Of a DNA stretch of 64,000 nucleotides, positions 1-11,320 are shown piece after piece; positions within the stretch are counted from its first letter, which is position 1, and each line of letters opens with the position of its first letter. The DNA lies in the NCBI RefSeq assembly GCF_963921235.1, contig NC_086097.1:221900001-221964000 (forward strand), in the 5' to 3' direction. This stretch comes from Mobula hypostoma (lineage: Eukaryota). The translations under genes and the position numbers were made by a program. Below the pieces are notes generated by a model. The model saw only the letters and a list, made by a program, of their open reading frames with translations. It was not told where the DNA came from and ran no database searches.

Positions 1-275
1 GATCACTTCAAACTGAGGTACATGGAAATATTTTTCTCTCAGAAGTTAATGACTCTCTGAAATTATCTAGATTGTAGGGTTTTGTACAGCAGTTGACTAG
101 ATGTATTTAAGGTGAAGATTGGTAAATATTTGAAAGATTGAGAAATTGAGGGCTTGAGAGAATTTGGATGAAAGGTCAATAGAAGACAGCTGACGTCAGC
201 CTTTGTCACACTGAATGGCAGTGTAGGCTTGAAAGGCCAAGTGACCTGCTGCTGCTCCTACTTTCCAATGTTTTT
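1..275 (+). mobile_element. Degenerate 3' end of a CR1 LINE
   Basis: Decayed CR1 3' motifs (…ttttctctcagaagttaatgactctctgaaatt…, gaaaggccaagtgacctgctgctgctcctactt) resembling the 3' end of the intact copy at 3900-4170. Confidence 0.6.
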
Positions 276-479
276 CTGCATTTCTTTATCAACATCCTTT
301 ATTGGTTCAACTGCTTTTCAGAAATTCCTATGGGAGCAGAGGCAACTGTCTCTCAGGAAATTTATTCCCAATGTTAACAGAGCTTTGAAGATTTTTTTCC
401 ATCTTTCCCCTTCTGTTTCTTTACTAATTACTAAAATTATGTAACCAACTTGCCAAAAGAAACTCCTCACAAAATTGAA

Positions 480-1110
480 TATCTAAACTGGGTCACTTTG
501 TCTTCCCTAAGAAGAATAATTTCAATTTCTCTAATCTCTTCACTGACATCATCCTGACAAACCTCCTCTAGATTGCATGGAGCCCAAGTCATCCTTCCAG
601 TGTGGAATGCTGGGATTGTACATGGTGCCCCTGCTGGCACACTGGCAATAATTTGTAAAGGGATGGCTTAACATAGTCTTGCTCTTCAACTTTCCTCTCA
701 ACTAAGCATTCTTCAATTTTTCTTGCTCCTTCTAAGGTTTTAAGATCTATACCCTCAGACTTACTGGTCTTGCCGTTAGCTATACTGCATATTCAAAATT
801 CATACATTTTTAAGTGCTTCTCTCTCTGTTTTTTTCCACTGATAGTTCTATTCCATGCATCTACATTAAATTACATCTAAATATTTCATCAGTCCATGCT
901 CTCTCCTAAAGTCAGTTATCGCCCTAAATACCTACTCCATTACAAATGTTTCAATGTCTCCAAACTTTGAAATTTAAGTATAACAAGAAAACTGTTACTA
1001 TTAGTTTGATTTCAGGATGATCCATTGCATATTTCCATCCCAGAGAAAAAAAATCTTATCAACATCGAGTTCCCAACTCATCACAGTCCCTTTAATCCAA
1101 TATGTATCCA
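480..1110 (-). mobile_element. Old degenerate CR1 RT fragment that hosts the young CR1 and the pogo insertion; appears to resume at 4171-4229 and 6228-6420
   Basis: Antisense CR1-like wording (tctacattaaattacatct…, caaactttgaaat…). The sequence resumes after each younger insertion. Confidence 0.55.
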
Positions 1111-4073
1111 AGTGCAGAGAGACAGAGGGGTGTAAAGTGAGGGTAGAAGCAAAAAGTACTAAGGAGAAAAGTAAAAGTGGCAGGCCGACAAATCCAGGGC
1201 AAGCATTAAAAAGGGCCACTTTTCAACATAATTGTATAAGGGCTAAGAGAGTTGTAAAGGAGCGCCTGAAGGTTTTGTGTGTCAATGCAAGGAGCATTCG
1301 TAATAAGGTGGATGAATTGAAAGTGCAGATTGTTATTAATGATTATGATATAGTTGGGATCACAGAGACATGGCTCCAGGGTGACCAGGGATGGGAGCTC
1401 AACGTTCAGGGATATTCAATATCCAGGAGGGATAGACATGAAGGAAGGGGAGGTGGGGTGGCGTTGCTGGTTAAAGAAGAGATTAGCGCAATAGAAAGGA
1501 AGGACATAAGCCGGGAAGATGTGGAATCGATATGGGTAGAGCTGCATAACACTAAGGGGCAGAAGACGCTGGTGGGAGTTGTGGACAGGCCACCTAACAG
1601 TAGTAGTGAGGTCAGAGATGGTATTAAACAGGAAATTAGAAATGTGTGCAATAAAAGAACAGCAGTTATAATGGGTGACTTCAATCTACATGTAGATTGG
1701 GTGAACCAAATTGGTAAAGGTGCTGAGGAAGAGGATTTCTTGGAATGTATGCGGGATGGTTTTTTAAACCAACATGTCGAGGAACCAACTAGAGAGCAGG
1801 CTATTCTGGACTGGGTTTTGAGCAATGAGGAAGGGTTAATTAGCGATCTTGTCGTGAGAGGACCCTTGGGTAAAAGTGACCATAATATGGTGGAATTCTT
1901 CATTAAGATGGAGAGTGACATAGTTAATTCAGAAACAAAGGTTCTGAACTTAAAGAGGGGTAACTTTGAAGGTATGAGACGTGAATTAGCTAAGATAGAC
2001 TGGCAAATGACACTTAAAGGATTGACGGTGGATATGCAATGGCAAGCATTTAAAGGTTACATGGATGAACTACAACAATTGTTCATCCCAGTTTGGCAAA
2101 AGAATAAATCAAAGAAGCTAGTGCACCCGTGGCTGACAAGAGAAATTAGGGATAGTATCAATTCCAAAGAAGAAGCATACAAATTAGCCAGAGAAAGTGG
2201 CTCACCTGAGGACTGGGAGAAATTCAGAGTTCAGCAGAGGAGGACAAAGGGCTTAATTAGGAAGGGGAAAAAAGATTATGAGAGAAAACTGGCGGGGAAC
2301 ATAAAAACGGACTGTAAAAGCTTTTATAGATATGTAAAAAGGAAAAGACTGGTAAAGACAAATGTAGGTCCCCTGCAGACAGAAACAGGTGAATTGATTA
2401 TAGGGAGCAAGGACATGGCAGACCAATTGAATAATTACTTTGGTTCTGTCTTCACTAAGGAGGACATAAATAATCTTCCAGAAATAGTAGGGGACAGAGG
2501 GTCCAGTGAGATGGAGGAACTGAGTGAAATACATGTTAGTAGGGAAGTGGTGTTAGGTAAATTGAAGGGATTGAAGGCAGATAAATCTCCAGGGCCAGAT
2601 GGTCTGCATCCTAGAGTGCTTAAGGAAGTAGCCCAAGAAATAGTGGATGCATTAGTGATAATTTTTCAAAACTCGTTAGATTCTGGACTAGTTCCTGAGG
2701 ATTGGAGGGTGGCTAATGTAACCCCACTTTTTAAAAAAGGAGGGAGAGAGAAACCGGGGAATTATAGACCGGTTAGCCTAACGTCGGTGGTGGGGAAACT
2801 GCTGGAGTCAGTTATCAAGGATGTGATAACAGCACATTTGGAAAGCGGTGAAATCATTGGACAAAGTCAGCATGGATTTGTGAAAGGAAAATCATGTCTG
2901 ACGAATCTCATAGAATTTTTTGAGGATGTAACTAGTAGAGTGGATAGGGGAGAACCAGTGGATGTGGTATATTTGGATTTTCAAAAGGCTTTTGACAAGG
3001 TCCCACACAGGAGATTAGTGTGCAAACTTAAAGCACACGGTATTGGGGGTAAGGTATTGGTGTGGGTGGAGAATTGGTTGGCAGACAGGAAGCAAAGAGT
3101 GGGAATAAACGGGACCTTTTCAGAATGGCAGGCAGGGACTAGTGGGGTACCGCAAGGCTCAGTGCTGGGATCCCAGTTGTTTACAATATATATTAATGAC
3201 TTGGATGAGGGAATTGAATGCAGCATCTCCAAGTTTGCGGATGACACGAAGCTGGGTGGCAGTGTTAGCTGTGAGGAGGATGCTAAGAGGATGCAGGGTG
3301 ACTTGGATAGGTTGGGTGAGTGGGCAAATTCATGGCAGATGCAATTTAATGTGCATAAATGTGAAGTTATCCACTTTGGTGGCAAAAATAGGAAAACAGA
3401 TTATTATCTGAATGGTGGCCGATTAGGAAAAGGGGAGGTGCAACGAGACCTGGGTGTCATTATACACCAGTCATTGAAAGTGGGCATGCAGGTACAGCAG
3501 GCGGTGAAAAAGGCGAATGGTATGCTGGCATTTATAGCGAGAGGATTCGAGTACAGGAGCAGGGAGGTACTACTGCAGTTGTACAGGGCCTTGGTGAGAC
3601 CACACCTGGAGTATTGTGTGCAATTTTGGTCCCCTAATCTGAGGAAAGACATCCTTGCCATAGAGGGAGTACAAAGAAGGTTCACCAAATTGATTCCCGG
3701 GATGGCAGGACTTTCATATGAAGAAAGACTGGATGAACTGGGCTTGTACTCGTTGGAATTTAGAAGATTGAGGGGGGATCTGATTGAAACGTATAAAATC
3801 CTAAAGGGATTGGACAGGCTAGATGCAGGAAAATTGTTCCCGATGTTGGGGAAGTCCAGAACAAGGGGCCACAGTTTGAGGATAGAGGGGAAGCCTTTTA
3901 GGACCGAGATTAAGAAAAACTTCTTCACACAGAGAGGGGTGAATCTGTGGAATTCTCTGCCACAGGAAACAGTTGAGGCCAGTTCATTGGCTATATTTAA
4001 GAGGGAGTTAGATATGGCCCTTGTGGCTACGGGGGTCAGGGGGTATGGAGGGAAGGCTGGGGTGGGGTTCTGA
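1017..4073 (+). CDS. CR1 ORF2 polyprotein (APE endonuclease + reverse transcriptase), uninterrupted; the annotated ATG lies in flanking DNA
   Basis: Endonuclease motifs NARS, ITETWL, GDFN, LDWVL, SDH; RT motifs NYRPVSLTS, DFQKAFD, GVPQGSVLG, FADD, DLGV; CR1 C-terminus RLRGDLIETYK…LWNSLP. Confidence 0.93.
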   Translation: MIHCIFPSQRKKILSTSSSQLITVPLIQYVSKCRETEGCKVRVEAKSTKEKSKSGRPTNPGQALKRATFQHNCIRAKRVVKERLKVLCVNARSIRNKVDELKVQIVINDYDIVGITETWLQGDQGWELNVQGYSISRRDRHEGRGGGVALLVKEEISAIERKDISREDVESIWVELHNTKGQKTLVGVVDRPPNSSSEVRDGIKQEIRNVCNKRTAVIMGDFNLHVDWVNQIGKGAEEEDFLECMRDGFLNQHVEEPTREQAILDWVLSNEEGLISDLVVRGPLGKSDHNMVEFFIKMESDIVNSETKVLNLKRGNFEGMRRELAKIDWQMTLKGLTVDMQWQAFKGYMDELQQLFIPVWQKNKSKKLVHPWLTREIRDSINSKEEAYKLARESGSPEDWEKFRVQQRRTKGLIRKGKKDYERKLAGNIKTDCKSFYRYVKRKRLVKTNVGPLQTETGELIIGSKDMADQLNNYFGSVFTKEDINNLPEIVGDRGSSEMEELSEIHVSREVVLGKLKGLKADKSPGPDGLHPRVLKEVAQEIVDALVIIFQNSLDSGLVPEDWRVANVTPLFKKGGREKPGNYRPVSLTSVVGKLLESVIKDVITAHLESGEIIGQSQHGFVKGKSCLTNLIEFFEDVTSRVDRGEPVDVVYLDFQKAFDKVPHRRLVCKLKAHGIGGKVLVWVENWLADRKQRVGINGTFSEWQAGTSGVPQGSVLGSQLFTIYINDLDEGIECSISKFADDTKLGGSVSCEEDAKRMQGDLDRLGEWANSWQMQFNVHKCEVIHFGGKNRKTDYYLNGGRLGKGEVQRDLGVIIHQSLKVGMQVQQAVKKANGMLAFIARGFEYRSREVLLQLYRALVRPHLEYCVQFWSPNLRKDILAIEGVQRRFTKLIPGMAGLSYEERLDELGLYSLEFRRLRGDLIETYKILKGLDRLDAGKLFPMLGKSRTRGHSLRIEGKPFRTEIKKNFFTQRGVNLWNSLPQETVEASSLAIFKRELDMALVATGVRGYGGKAGVGF

Positions 4074-4170
4074 GTTGGATAATCAGCCATGATCTTAATA
4101 AATGGCGGTGCAGGCTCGAAGGGCCGAATGGCCTACTCCTGCACCTATTTTCTATGTTTCTATGTTTCTA
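1111..4170 (+). mobile_element. Young CR1 LINE (family A), 5'-truncated just upstream of ORF2
   Basis: Complete APE endonuclease+RT frame, CR1 3' UTR and (TTTCTATG)n tail at 4149-4170. Near-identical to copies at 7168-8958, 32650-32912 and 60995-63437. Confidence 0.97.
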
Positions 4171-4231
4171 ATTTAGTGATAAGATGTTTCACCAAGTACT
4201 TTTTAAAAGTTCATAAGCTTAACATTTATTA

Positions 4232-6225
4232 CCGTAAATTCCGGTGTATAAACCGAGAATTTGGTGCTAAATGTTGGTCCTAAAATTAGGGGGTCGGCTT
4301 ATACAGAGGGTGCCAACTTTGGAAAAACTAATACATGGAAGACAGGTCATATTTATTGGCTCTTTTTGAGTCAAATACAAAAGAAAATACAAATGCTTAT
4401 GAAATCTACACAAAAGAAAAGATCTACAAAGCACATCTGTTTCTCAATTTACTTGTACACACTGTTGTCGACAAATGTTCAGAGCTTAAAACTCTCACAC
4501 TTTTCATTATCTGACTCTCAAAAAAATCGCGTCCCATTCTTTGGCAGTCACCATATCATTGTAAGGATTGTCAATTTCTGCTTTGACATCGTCATTTGCA
4601 GCTTTACTGTCCGCCAAACCTCCATCGGCTTCTTCCCAAGGCAAATGATCTTCAGTGCCATCCAAAGCATTGCTGATGTTGCACTTCTTGAAGGCCTTCA
4701 CAAAGCACTCGGCCTTCATTTCCTCCCACGATTGCACTACCCACTCGCAAACTGTAGCTAGAGATGCGGCCCTCATATTCCCCGCTGGAGTGAATGACTG
4801 ACTTCCAGACATCATCCATTCGTTCCACTGTCAACGCATGAATTCTTTGAATGGTTTGTTTAAACTCACATCTAGTGGCTGGAGCACGGACGTCAAACCA
4901 CCGGGGATGACTGTAATGTCTGTATTTTCAGCTTTCAATGCTGCTTTTGTCCCACCTGACAAGTGCGCTTTGAACACGTCCCAGACAAGTAGCAACTTTT
5001 CCTTCCTGAAACCTTCGGGACATCGACGCCACACCTCTTTAACCCACTTCAAGCAACCCGCTTCGCCCATTCAACTGCGTTCTTGAACGTAAACAACAAC
5101 ACCCCACGGGAATTTTTCTTTCTTTGGGAATGTTCTCTTCTTAAAAATCACCATCGGTGGTAGTTGGGTCCTATCAGCCATACACATTAACACGACAGTA
5201 AAATATTGCTTCTCGTGTCCAATTGTTTTGACAAGGACAGTTCTGATTGACAGTGCGGTTGCCAGCAAAATCAAAGAACATTGGTGTCTCGTCCATGTTA
5301 CCAATCAGTGAGAGTGGGAATATGCCTTTCGATGCTTGATTACAAACGTTTGGAAGGCCGTAATCTTATTCTCAAGGTCGATCGGCAACTCCTGAGCAAT
5401 CTTTGTTTTTTGTCTCAACACAAGATCATGTCTATTCATAAATCAGGTGCACCAACTTCACATAGCTTTGAAATTTTCGCGACCTCACGATGTTTTTCGG
5501 CCCCTTTCAACACTTGAACTCGAATCATTTCTCTGATAACAATGCATCCGGATGATCACTGGTGATTCACCCACTCTAAATCCTTTTCTCCCAGTTCTGG
5601 CCACTGGCATGTTTTCCTACGGTTTGCACATTTCGCCTTTGGCATTTCCCTCAGCGTGTCCTCTGCCTTTCTCCACTCTCTCACTTGTTTCTCGTTTACA
5701 CGAAACTTCTTAGCAGCTGCAGAATTATTCGTTCCTTTAGCAAAATCAACAACATTCAGCTTGAAGCCAGCATCATATCACATTCGTCTTAACCTTCTGT
5801 ACATGGTGGTCACAAACTCAATACTGAGTACGCGTACTGATCCCGCCACCCTGTGTTATGTTTTAATGAGATTATGATGGGCGCTAAATGGTTTCACAGG
5901 GGTTACATTTCAGAGGATTCTTTATCATTGGGAACCTAATCCAAAACTTCCCTCCCTGGTTTATTTATTAAGAATTCGCTTATAACACTCTATAATGTGT
6001 AGGCCTATTTTCTTAGCAGGTACTGGTTCACAAAATTTCCAGGTTCCAGATCTGGCAAAGCTGAGTACTGACATGTGAGACCTTGTAATCTTTTCTGGTT
6101 AAATCAAAAACCTCTACAAAAGAGGTCAGCTTATACAAAGGTAACACGAAAAAGTCCCTTTTTTAACCTTGAAAATGGGGGTGTCGGCATATGCTCCGGG
6201 TCAGCTTATACACCGGAATGTATGG
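4232..6225 (-). mobile_element. pogo-superfamily DNA transposon (Passer/POGK-like), full length and decayed
   Basis: Left TIR CCGTAAATTCCGGTGTATAAACCGA at 4232 matches right TIR TCAGCTTATACACCGGAATGTATGG ending 6225 (3 mismatches). TA on both sides (4230-4231, 6226-6227). Confidence 0.93.
4507..5804 (-). pseudogene. pogo transposase pseudogene (Brinker-type DBD, HTH_Tc5, DDE_1)
   Basis: ACCACCATG start at 5804, then YDAGFKLNVVDFAKGTNNSAAAKKF. DDE_1 motifs KTIGHEKQYFTVVL, LLVWDVFKAH, IPGGLTSVLQPLDVSLNKPFK, KAFKKCNISN. Several stops and frameshifts. Confidence 0.9.
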
Positions 6226-6559
6226 TACCTTGTCTTCGTTATCTATCTTTGCCACTTCTTTAAAAACTTTCAGTCAGACTCAACAGCTATTTCTCTTTAA
6301 TAAACCTGTTTCGAATAGCCTTTGTTAATCCACATTTGATAAAGAAGGAGTTTACTTTGGGCTCAAATGATATCCCAAATACTGATGTGAGAGTGGTCAA
6401 CTTTTAGCAGGCTTTTTTGTTTCCTGTCAGTTATCTAATTTTCTTTCCATGATGCTCAAGTAGTCTATATAATTTACATAATAAGATATAATTGAATACA
6501 AGTTATTCTCCTCCAAGCCAGTAAAAGTCGTAGTGCTTCTGGGACTTGTGTCACTGTTT

Positions 6560-6980
6560 TGATACTTGGCAGATGCCTTTTTAATTTGCTTTCCTATAGA
6601 ATGAAATGCATCCTCCATTTATTTCATGGACTTCAATTGTGATAGCAAGCTTATTATGTGGCATCTTAGCCAACACCGTTTGGAAGACCATAATTACAAT
6701 AGTATTAACAATTCCCTCTTCATCTACCTCTGCTACTTCATCAAAAAGAAACTCTATTGAGTTAATTAGACACAACTTACCTTTAATGAATCAATCTAAT
6801 CAATCCATACTTGTCCAAGTAACTGTTCATTCCATTCACGATCTTTGCTTCTCAACCCTCTCTACCCACTTTTGTCTCCCTATCAGGGATAACTTAATTG
6901 CTCTGTAGCTACTACGTTTATCCTCTTCACCTTTTTCTGAACAATAGTGTAAAATTTGCAATTTTCCACTGAACTTCATA
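6560..6980 (-). mobile_element. Old CR1 RT fragment
   Basis: ORF 6581-6775 CLINSIEFLFDEV…MVFQTVLAKMPH is a decayed SCLTNLIEFFE…DFQKAFDKVPH. Confidence 0.7.
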
Positions 6981-7167
6981 AAATTCTTCAAACCGCCTGA
7001 AGTAACCATGCAAGTCATTCAGATGTAGAACGTCTGTCACCAAACACATAAAGGGAAATATCAAATAGACTGGTCAGCAATTCCCAAGATGTCAAATGAG
7101 GTCAAGGCTCAGGCAATCCCAGGTAGTATTCCCATTTCAGCCAAATCTAGGTGGATGTCAATCAAAG

Positions 7168-8958
7168 ACATAGAAACATAGAAAATAGGTGCAGGCGTAG
7201 GCCATTCGGCCCTTCAAGCCTGCACCGCCATTTATTATGATCATGGCTGATCATCCAACTCAGAACCCCGCCCCAGCCTTCCCTCCATACCCCCTGACCC
7301 CCATAGCCACAAGGGCCATATCTAACTCCCTCTTAAATATAGCCAATGAACTGGCCTCAACAGTTTCCTGTGGCAGAGAATTCCACAGATTCATCACTCT
7401 CTGTGTGAAGAAGTTTTTCCTAATCTCGGTCCTAAAAGGCTTCCCCTCTATCCTCAAACTGTGACCCCTCGTTCTGGACTTCCCCAACATCGGGAACAAT
7501 CTTCCTGCATCTAGCCTGTCCAATCCCTTTAGGATCTTATACGTTTCAATCAGATCCCCCCTCAATCTTCTAAATTCCAACGAGTACAAGCCCAATTCAT
7601 CCAGTCTTTCTTCATATGAAAGTCCTGCCATCCCAGGAATCAATCTGGTGAACCTTCTTTGTACTCCCTCTATGGCAAAGATGTCTTTCCTCAGATTAGG
7701 GGACCAAAACTGCACACAATACTCCAGATGTGGTCTCACCAAGGCCCTGTACAACTGCAGTAGTACCTCCCTGCTCCTGTACTCGAATCCTCTCGCTATA
7801 AATGCCAGCATACCATTCGCCTTTTTCACCGCCTGCTGTACCTGCATGCCCACTTTCAATGACTGGTGTATAATGACACCCAGGTCTCGTTGCACCTCCC
7901 CTTTTCCTAATCGGCCACCATTCAGATTTTCAGATCTGTTTTCCTATTTTTGCCACCAAAGTGGATAACTTCACATTTATCCACATTAAATTGCATCTGC
8001 CATGAATTTGCCCACTCACCCAACCTATCCAAGTCACCCTGCATCCTCTTAGCATCCTCCTCACAGCTAACGCTGCCACCCAGCTTCGTGTCATCCGCAA
8101 ACTTGGAGACGCTGCATTTAATTCCCTCATCCAAGTCATTAATATATATTGTAAACAACTGGGGTCCCAGCACCAAGCCTTGCGGTACCCCACTAGTCAC
8201 CGCCTGCCATTCTGAAAAGGTCCCGTTTATTCCCACTCTTTGCTTCCTGTCTGCTAACCAATTCTCCACCCACACCAATACCTTACCCCCAATACAGTGT
8301 GTTTTAAGTTTGCACACTAATCTCCTGTGTGGGACCTTGTCAAAAGCCTTTTGAAAATCCAAATATACCACATCCACTGGTTCTCCCCTATCCACTCTAC
8401 TAGTTACATCCTCAAAAAGTTCTATGAGATTCGTCAGACATGATTTTCCTTTCACAAATCCATGCTGACTTTGTCCGATCATTTCACCGCTTTCCAAATG
8501 TGCTGTTATCACATCCTTGATAACTGACTCCAGCAGTTTCCCCACCACCGACGTTAGGCTAACTGGTCTATAATTCCCCGGTTTCTCTCTCCCTCCTTTT
8601 TTAAAAAGTGGGGTTACATTAGCCACCCTCCAATCCTCAGGAACTAGTCCAGAATCTAACGAGTTTTGAAAAATTATCACTAATGCATCCACTATTTCTT
8701 GGGCTACTTCCTTAAGCACTCTAGGATGCAGACCATCTGGCCCTGGGGATTTATCTGCCTTCAATCCCTTCAATTTACCTAACACCACTTCCCTACTAAC
8801 ATGTATTTCGCTCAGTTCCTCCATCTCACTGGACCCTCTGTCCCTTACTATTTCTGGAAGATTATTTATGTCCTCCTTAATGAAGACAGAACCAAAGTAA
8901 TTATTCAATTGGTCTGCCATGTCCTTGCTCCCCATAATCAATTCACCTGTTTCTGTCT
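7168..8958 (-). mobile_element. Young CR1 LINE (family A), 5'-truncated, frameshifted near 7925
   Basis: ORFs 7922-8941 and 7260-7895 nearly identical to the RT and C-terminus of 1017-4073; tail repeats catagaaa at 7169-7184. Confidence 0.97.
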
Positions 8959-10569
8959 CTTCTCAATCAGAAACTGTTCAACAGGTAGGATACACCAATC
9001 CTAGCTGGAAGTACATCAATTGGATTGTTTCGCCAATATTGATTCCATGAAGACATAGTTTAGGCTAAAACACACCAGAAACTTCCTGATCTATCTGGCA
9101 TTGCTTCTTATAAATAATAGTTTATTTTCATTTATTCTTCACCCATCTCTACCATGGCCTACCAAATGTTGAATCTGTGCTCTTTCATGTTGAGCACCAT
9201 TTGGGAAAAGAACTAAGAGAGGTAAAGATAAAAATGTGTTCCCATCAAGTTAGAAAAATGTGTATGTGCACATGACACCTCCAATTCCCGTTAACTGAGG
9301 AGCAAAGTTAACAAGCTGGTCCTGTGGATGAATGACTTGGTCAAAATTCACCTTAGATCGAACAGAAAACAGAAACATAAAGGTGAGTTTTCATCATTCG
9401 AGAATGTTATCCATCAAAAACATGGACACTTTGATTTTCTTAACGTTTTTTTTGTCTCCAAGTTACTTGCCTGAGGAAAAAAGTAGTTGTTGATATGTTG
9501 CCTAAGTAGACCCATATTAAGAGCTTATTTGAAACATCTCCAAACCTGGATATTTTTTGTCACTTCCACCATATTAAAGCTTTCACATTGTCAAACCATG
9601 GCTGTCTTCTACAGCACCATTGCTTTGGAAGTGAGAAAGTCCAGCAGGGTGTATTCCAATACTCACTTCATGTATTCTAACTTCTGACATGTCAGTAATG
9701 GAAGCCTTGCCCTTCAGTGTGGTTAAGTAGGGCTTCCCTGCAACAGTCAATACACAGAATATCTATGCCCCTGATTTTATCCAAGTAATTATGGTGGGAG
9801 TCAGTCAGAACAGCGAGAATGTTCACTCACACAGTTTATAACTATAAAGCAAAACAGCTTCAAAATAGTAATAGTTAAAGCAGAGCAGGATTTTCCATGA
9901 AAAAAGACTATATTTTAAGACCAATTTTATGAGTCTGATCTGGCAGTAGCTTCACCCATTCTGAGTACATTGAACATTTGGACTCTGTTCTGCACAATTT
10001 TCCAATAATTATTTCTGTATGAGCATTGACTTGTAAAATTGCCCTTGATCTTTGCAGAAAATGTTCTAATAAATAAAGGCTTCTATTTTATTTGAAACAG
10101 AATGATTTCAGGCTATAATGGAGATTGTGGCAATTATTATTAGGAGCATTTGGTAAACTGTGTTAATTGAATGTCAAGTCTTTGTGTGTGTCAAGTAAAG
10201 GAAAATCTGACATCTTATACTGTGCAGAATGCCAATACACATTGACTGTAATGTTTTATAAATCCACTCATTTAAATGTCATTAGTACTTTTTTGGCACA
10301 GATCAATTTGTGTAGAAAAATAGTTTTTGATTTTTTTTTTAATAATGGAAAGGAAGTGTGTAAAAGTTGCTTATTGGGAATTGCAGCATATACAATAATA
10401 GGATTTGTCATGGAATCCTCCCAGACATTACTTAGTGAAGCCTAAATTGTTGGTGGGAACTTTAAAAATTAACTTTATCAGTAAAGCCCTTAACAATGAT
10501 GTTCCTACTGTCAGGATAAAGTGAGAAACTTTATAACTCCACAAGAAATTGATGGAACTGGATGAAGAT

Positions 10570-10720
10570 GAAGACAATATGAGTGAGGTTGATGTTCTGG
10601 AGCATGTTGATATTCAGGGAGAGGAGGTGTTGGAGTTACTAAAATACATTAGGATGGATAAGCCCCCGGGGCCTGACAGAATACTCTCCAGGCTGCTCCA
10701 CGAGGCGAGGGAAGAGATTG
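10570..10720 (+). mobile_element. CR1 fragment
   Basis: EEVLELLKYIRMDKPPGPDRILSRLLHEAREEIA, the pre-RT region. Confidence 0.75.
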
Positions 10721-10739
10721 CCTTCTCAAGATATCCTTG

Positions 10740-11320
10740 TCTAAAACCCCCTGCAGTCTCTTGCAATCCCCTGCACTGGGGGCTCTATACCATCTTTGAT
10801 GCAACCAGTCAGAATGCTCTCCAAAGTATATCTATAGAAATTTGTGAGAGCGTTTGGTGACATACCAAATTTCCTCAAATTCCTAACGGAGTAGAGTGGT
10901 TGGTGTGCCTTCTCTGTGGTTGCATTAATGTGTTGGGCCCAGGATGGCTCCTCTGAGACGTTGACACCCAGGAACTTGAAGCTCCTCATCCTTTCTCTGC
11001 TGACCCCTCAGTGAGCACTGGTGTGTGTTCTTTTGACCTTATCTTCCAAAGCACCAAGCATAAGATGCTAAATGAACTCAGCAGGTCTGACACCATCTAT
11101 ATAAAGGAATATCAGTCCACGTTTCGACCTAAGACCTTTCAGTATCGTTCCCCTTCCAGAAGTCTACAATCAGTTCCTTAGACTTGCTGACATTTAACAC
11201 CATTTAACCAGCTGATCTATCTCAATTCTGTCAGCCTCCTCATTACCATCTGAGATACTTCTAACGACGGTAGTGTTATTGGCAAATTTATAGATGGGGT
11301 TTGATCTGTGCTTAGCCACA
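10740..11320 (-). mobile_element. Rex1/Babar LINE fragment, interrupted by a Penelope-like piece at about 11050-11145
   Basis: SFKFLGVNVSEEPSWAQHINA…LRKFGMSPNALTNFYRYTLESILTGCI is a typical Rex1 C-terminal region. Confidence 0.8.

Noticed and set aside
1406..4090. Long minus-strand ORFs overlapping CR1 ORF2 (1406-1921, 2981-3385, 3404-4090, and equivalents in other copies)
   Set aside because: Antisense shadows of the LINE coding frame, recurring only because the element is repeated.
4507..5804. Domesticated POGK-like host gene
   Set aside because: Multiple stops and frameshifts plus intact TIRs and TA TSD show a decayed transposon.
9290..9390. Candidate host exon ending at AAG|GTGAGT
   Set aside because: No convincing acceptor, no recognisable protein similarity and no partner exons.
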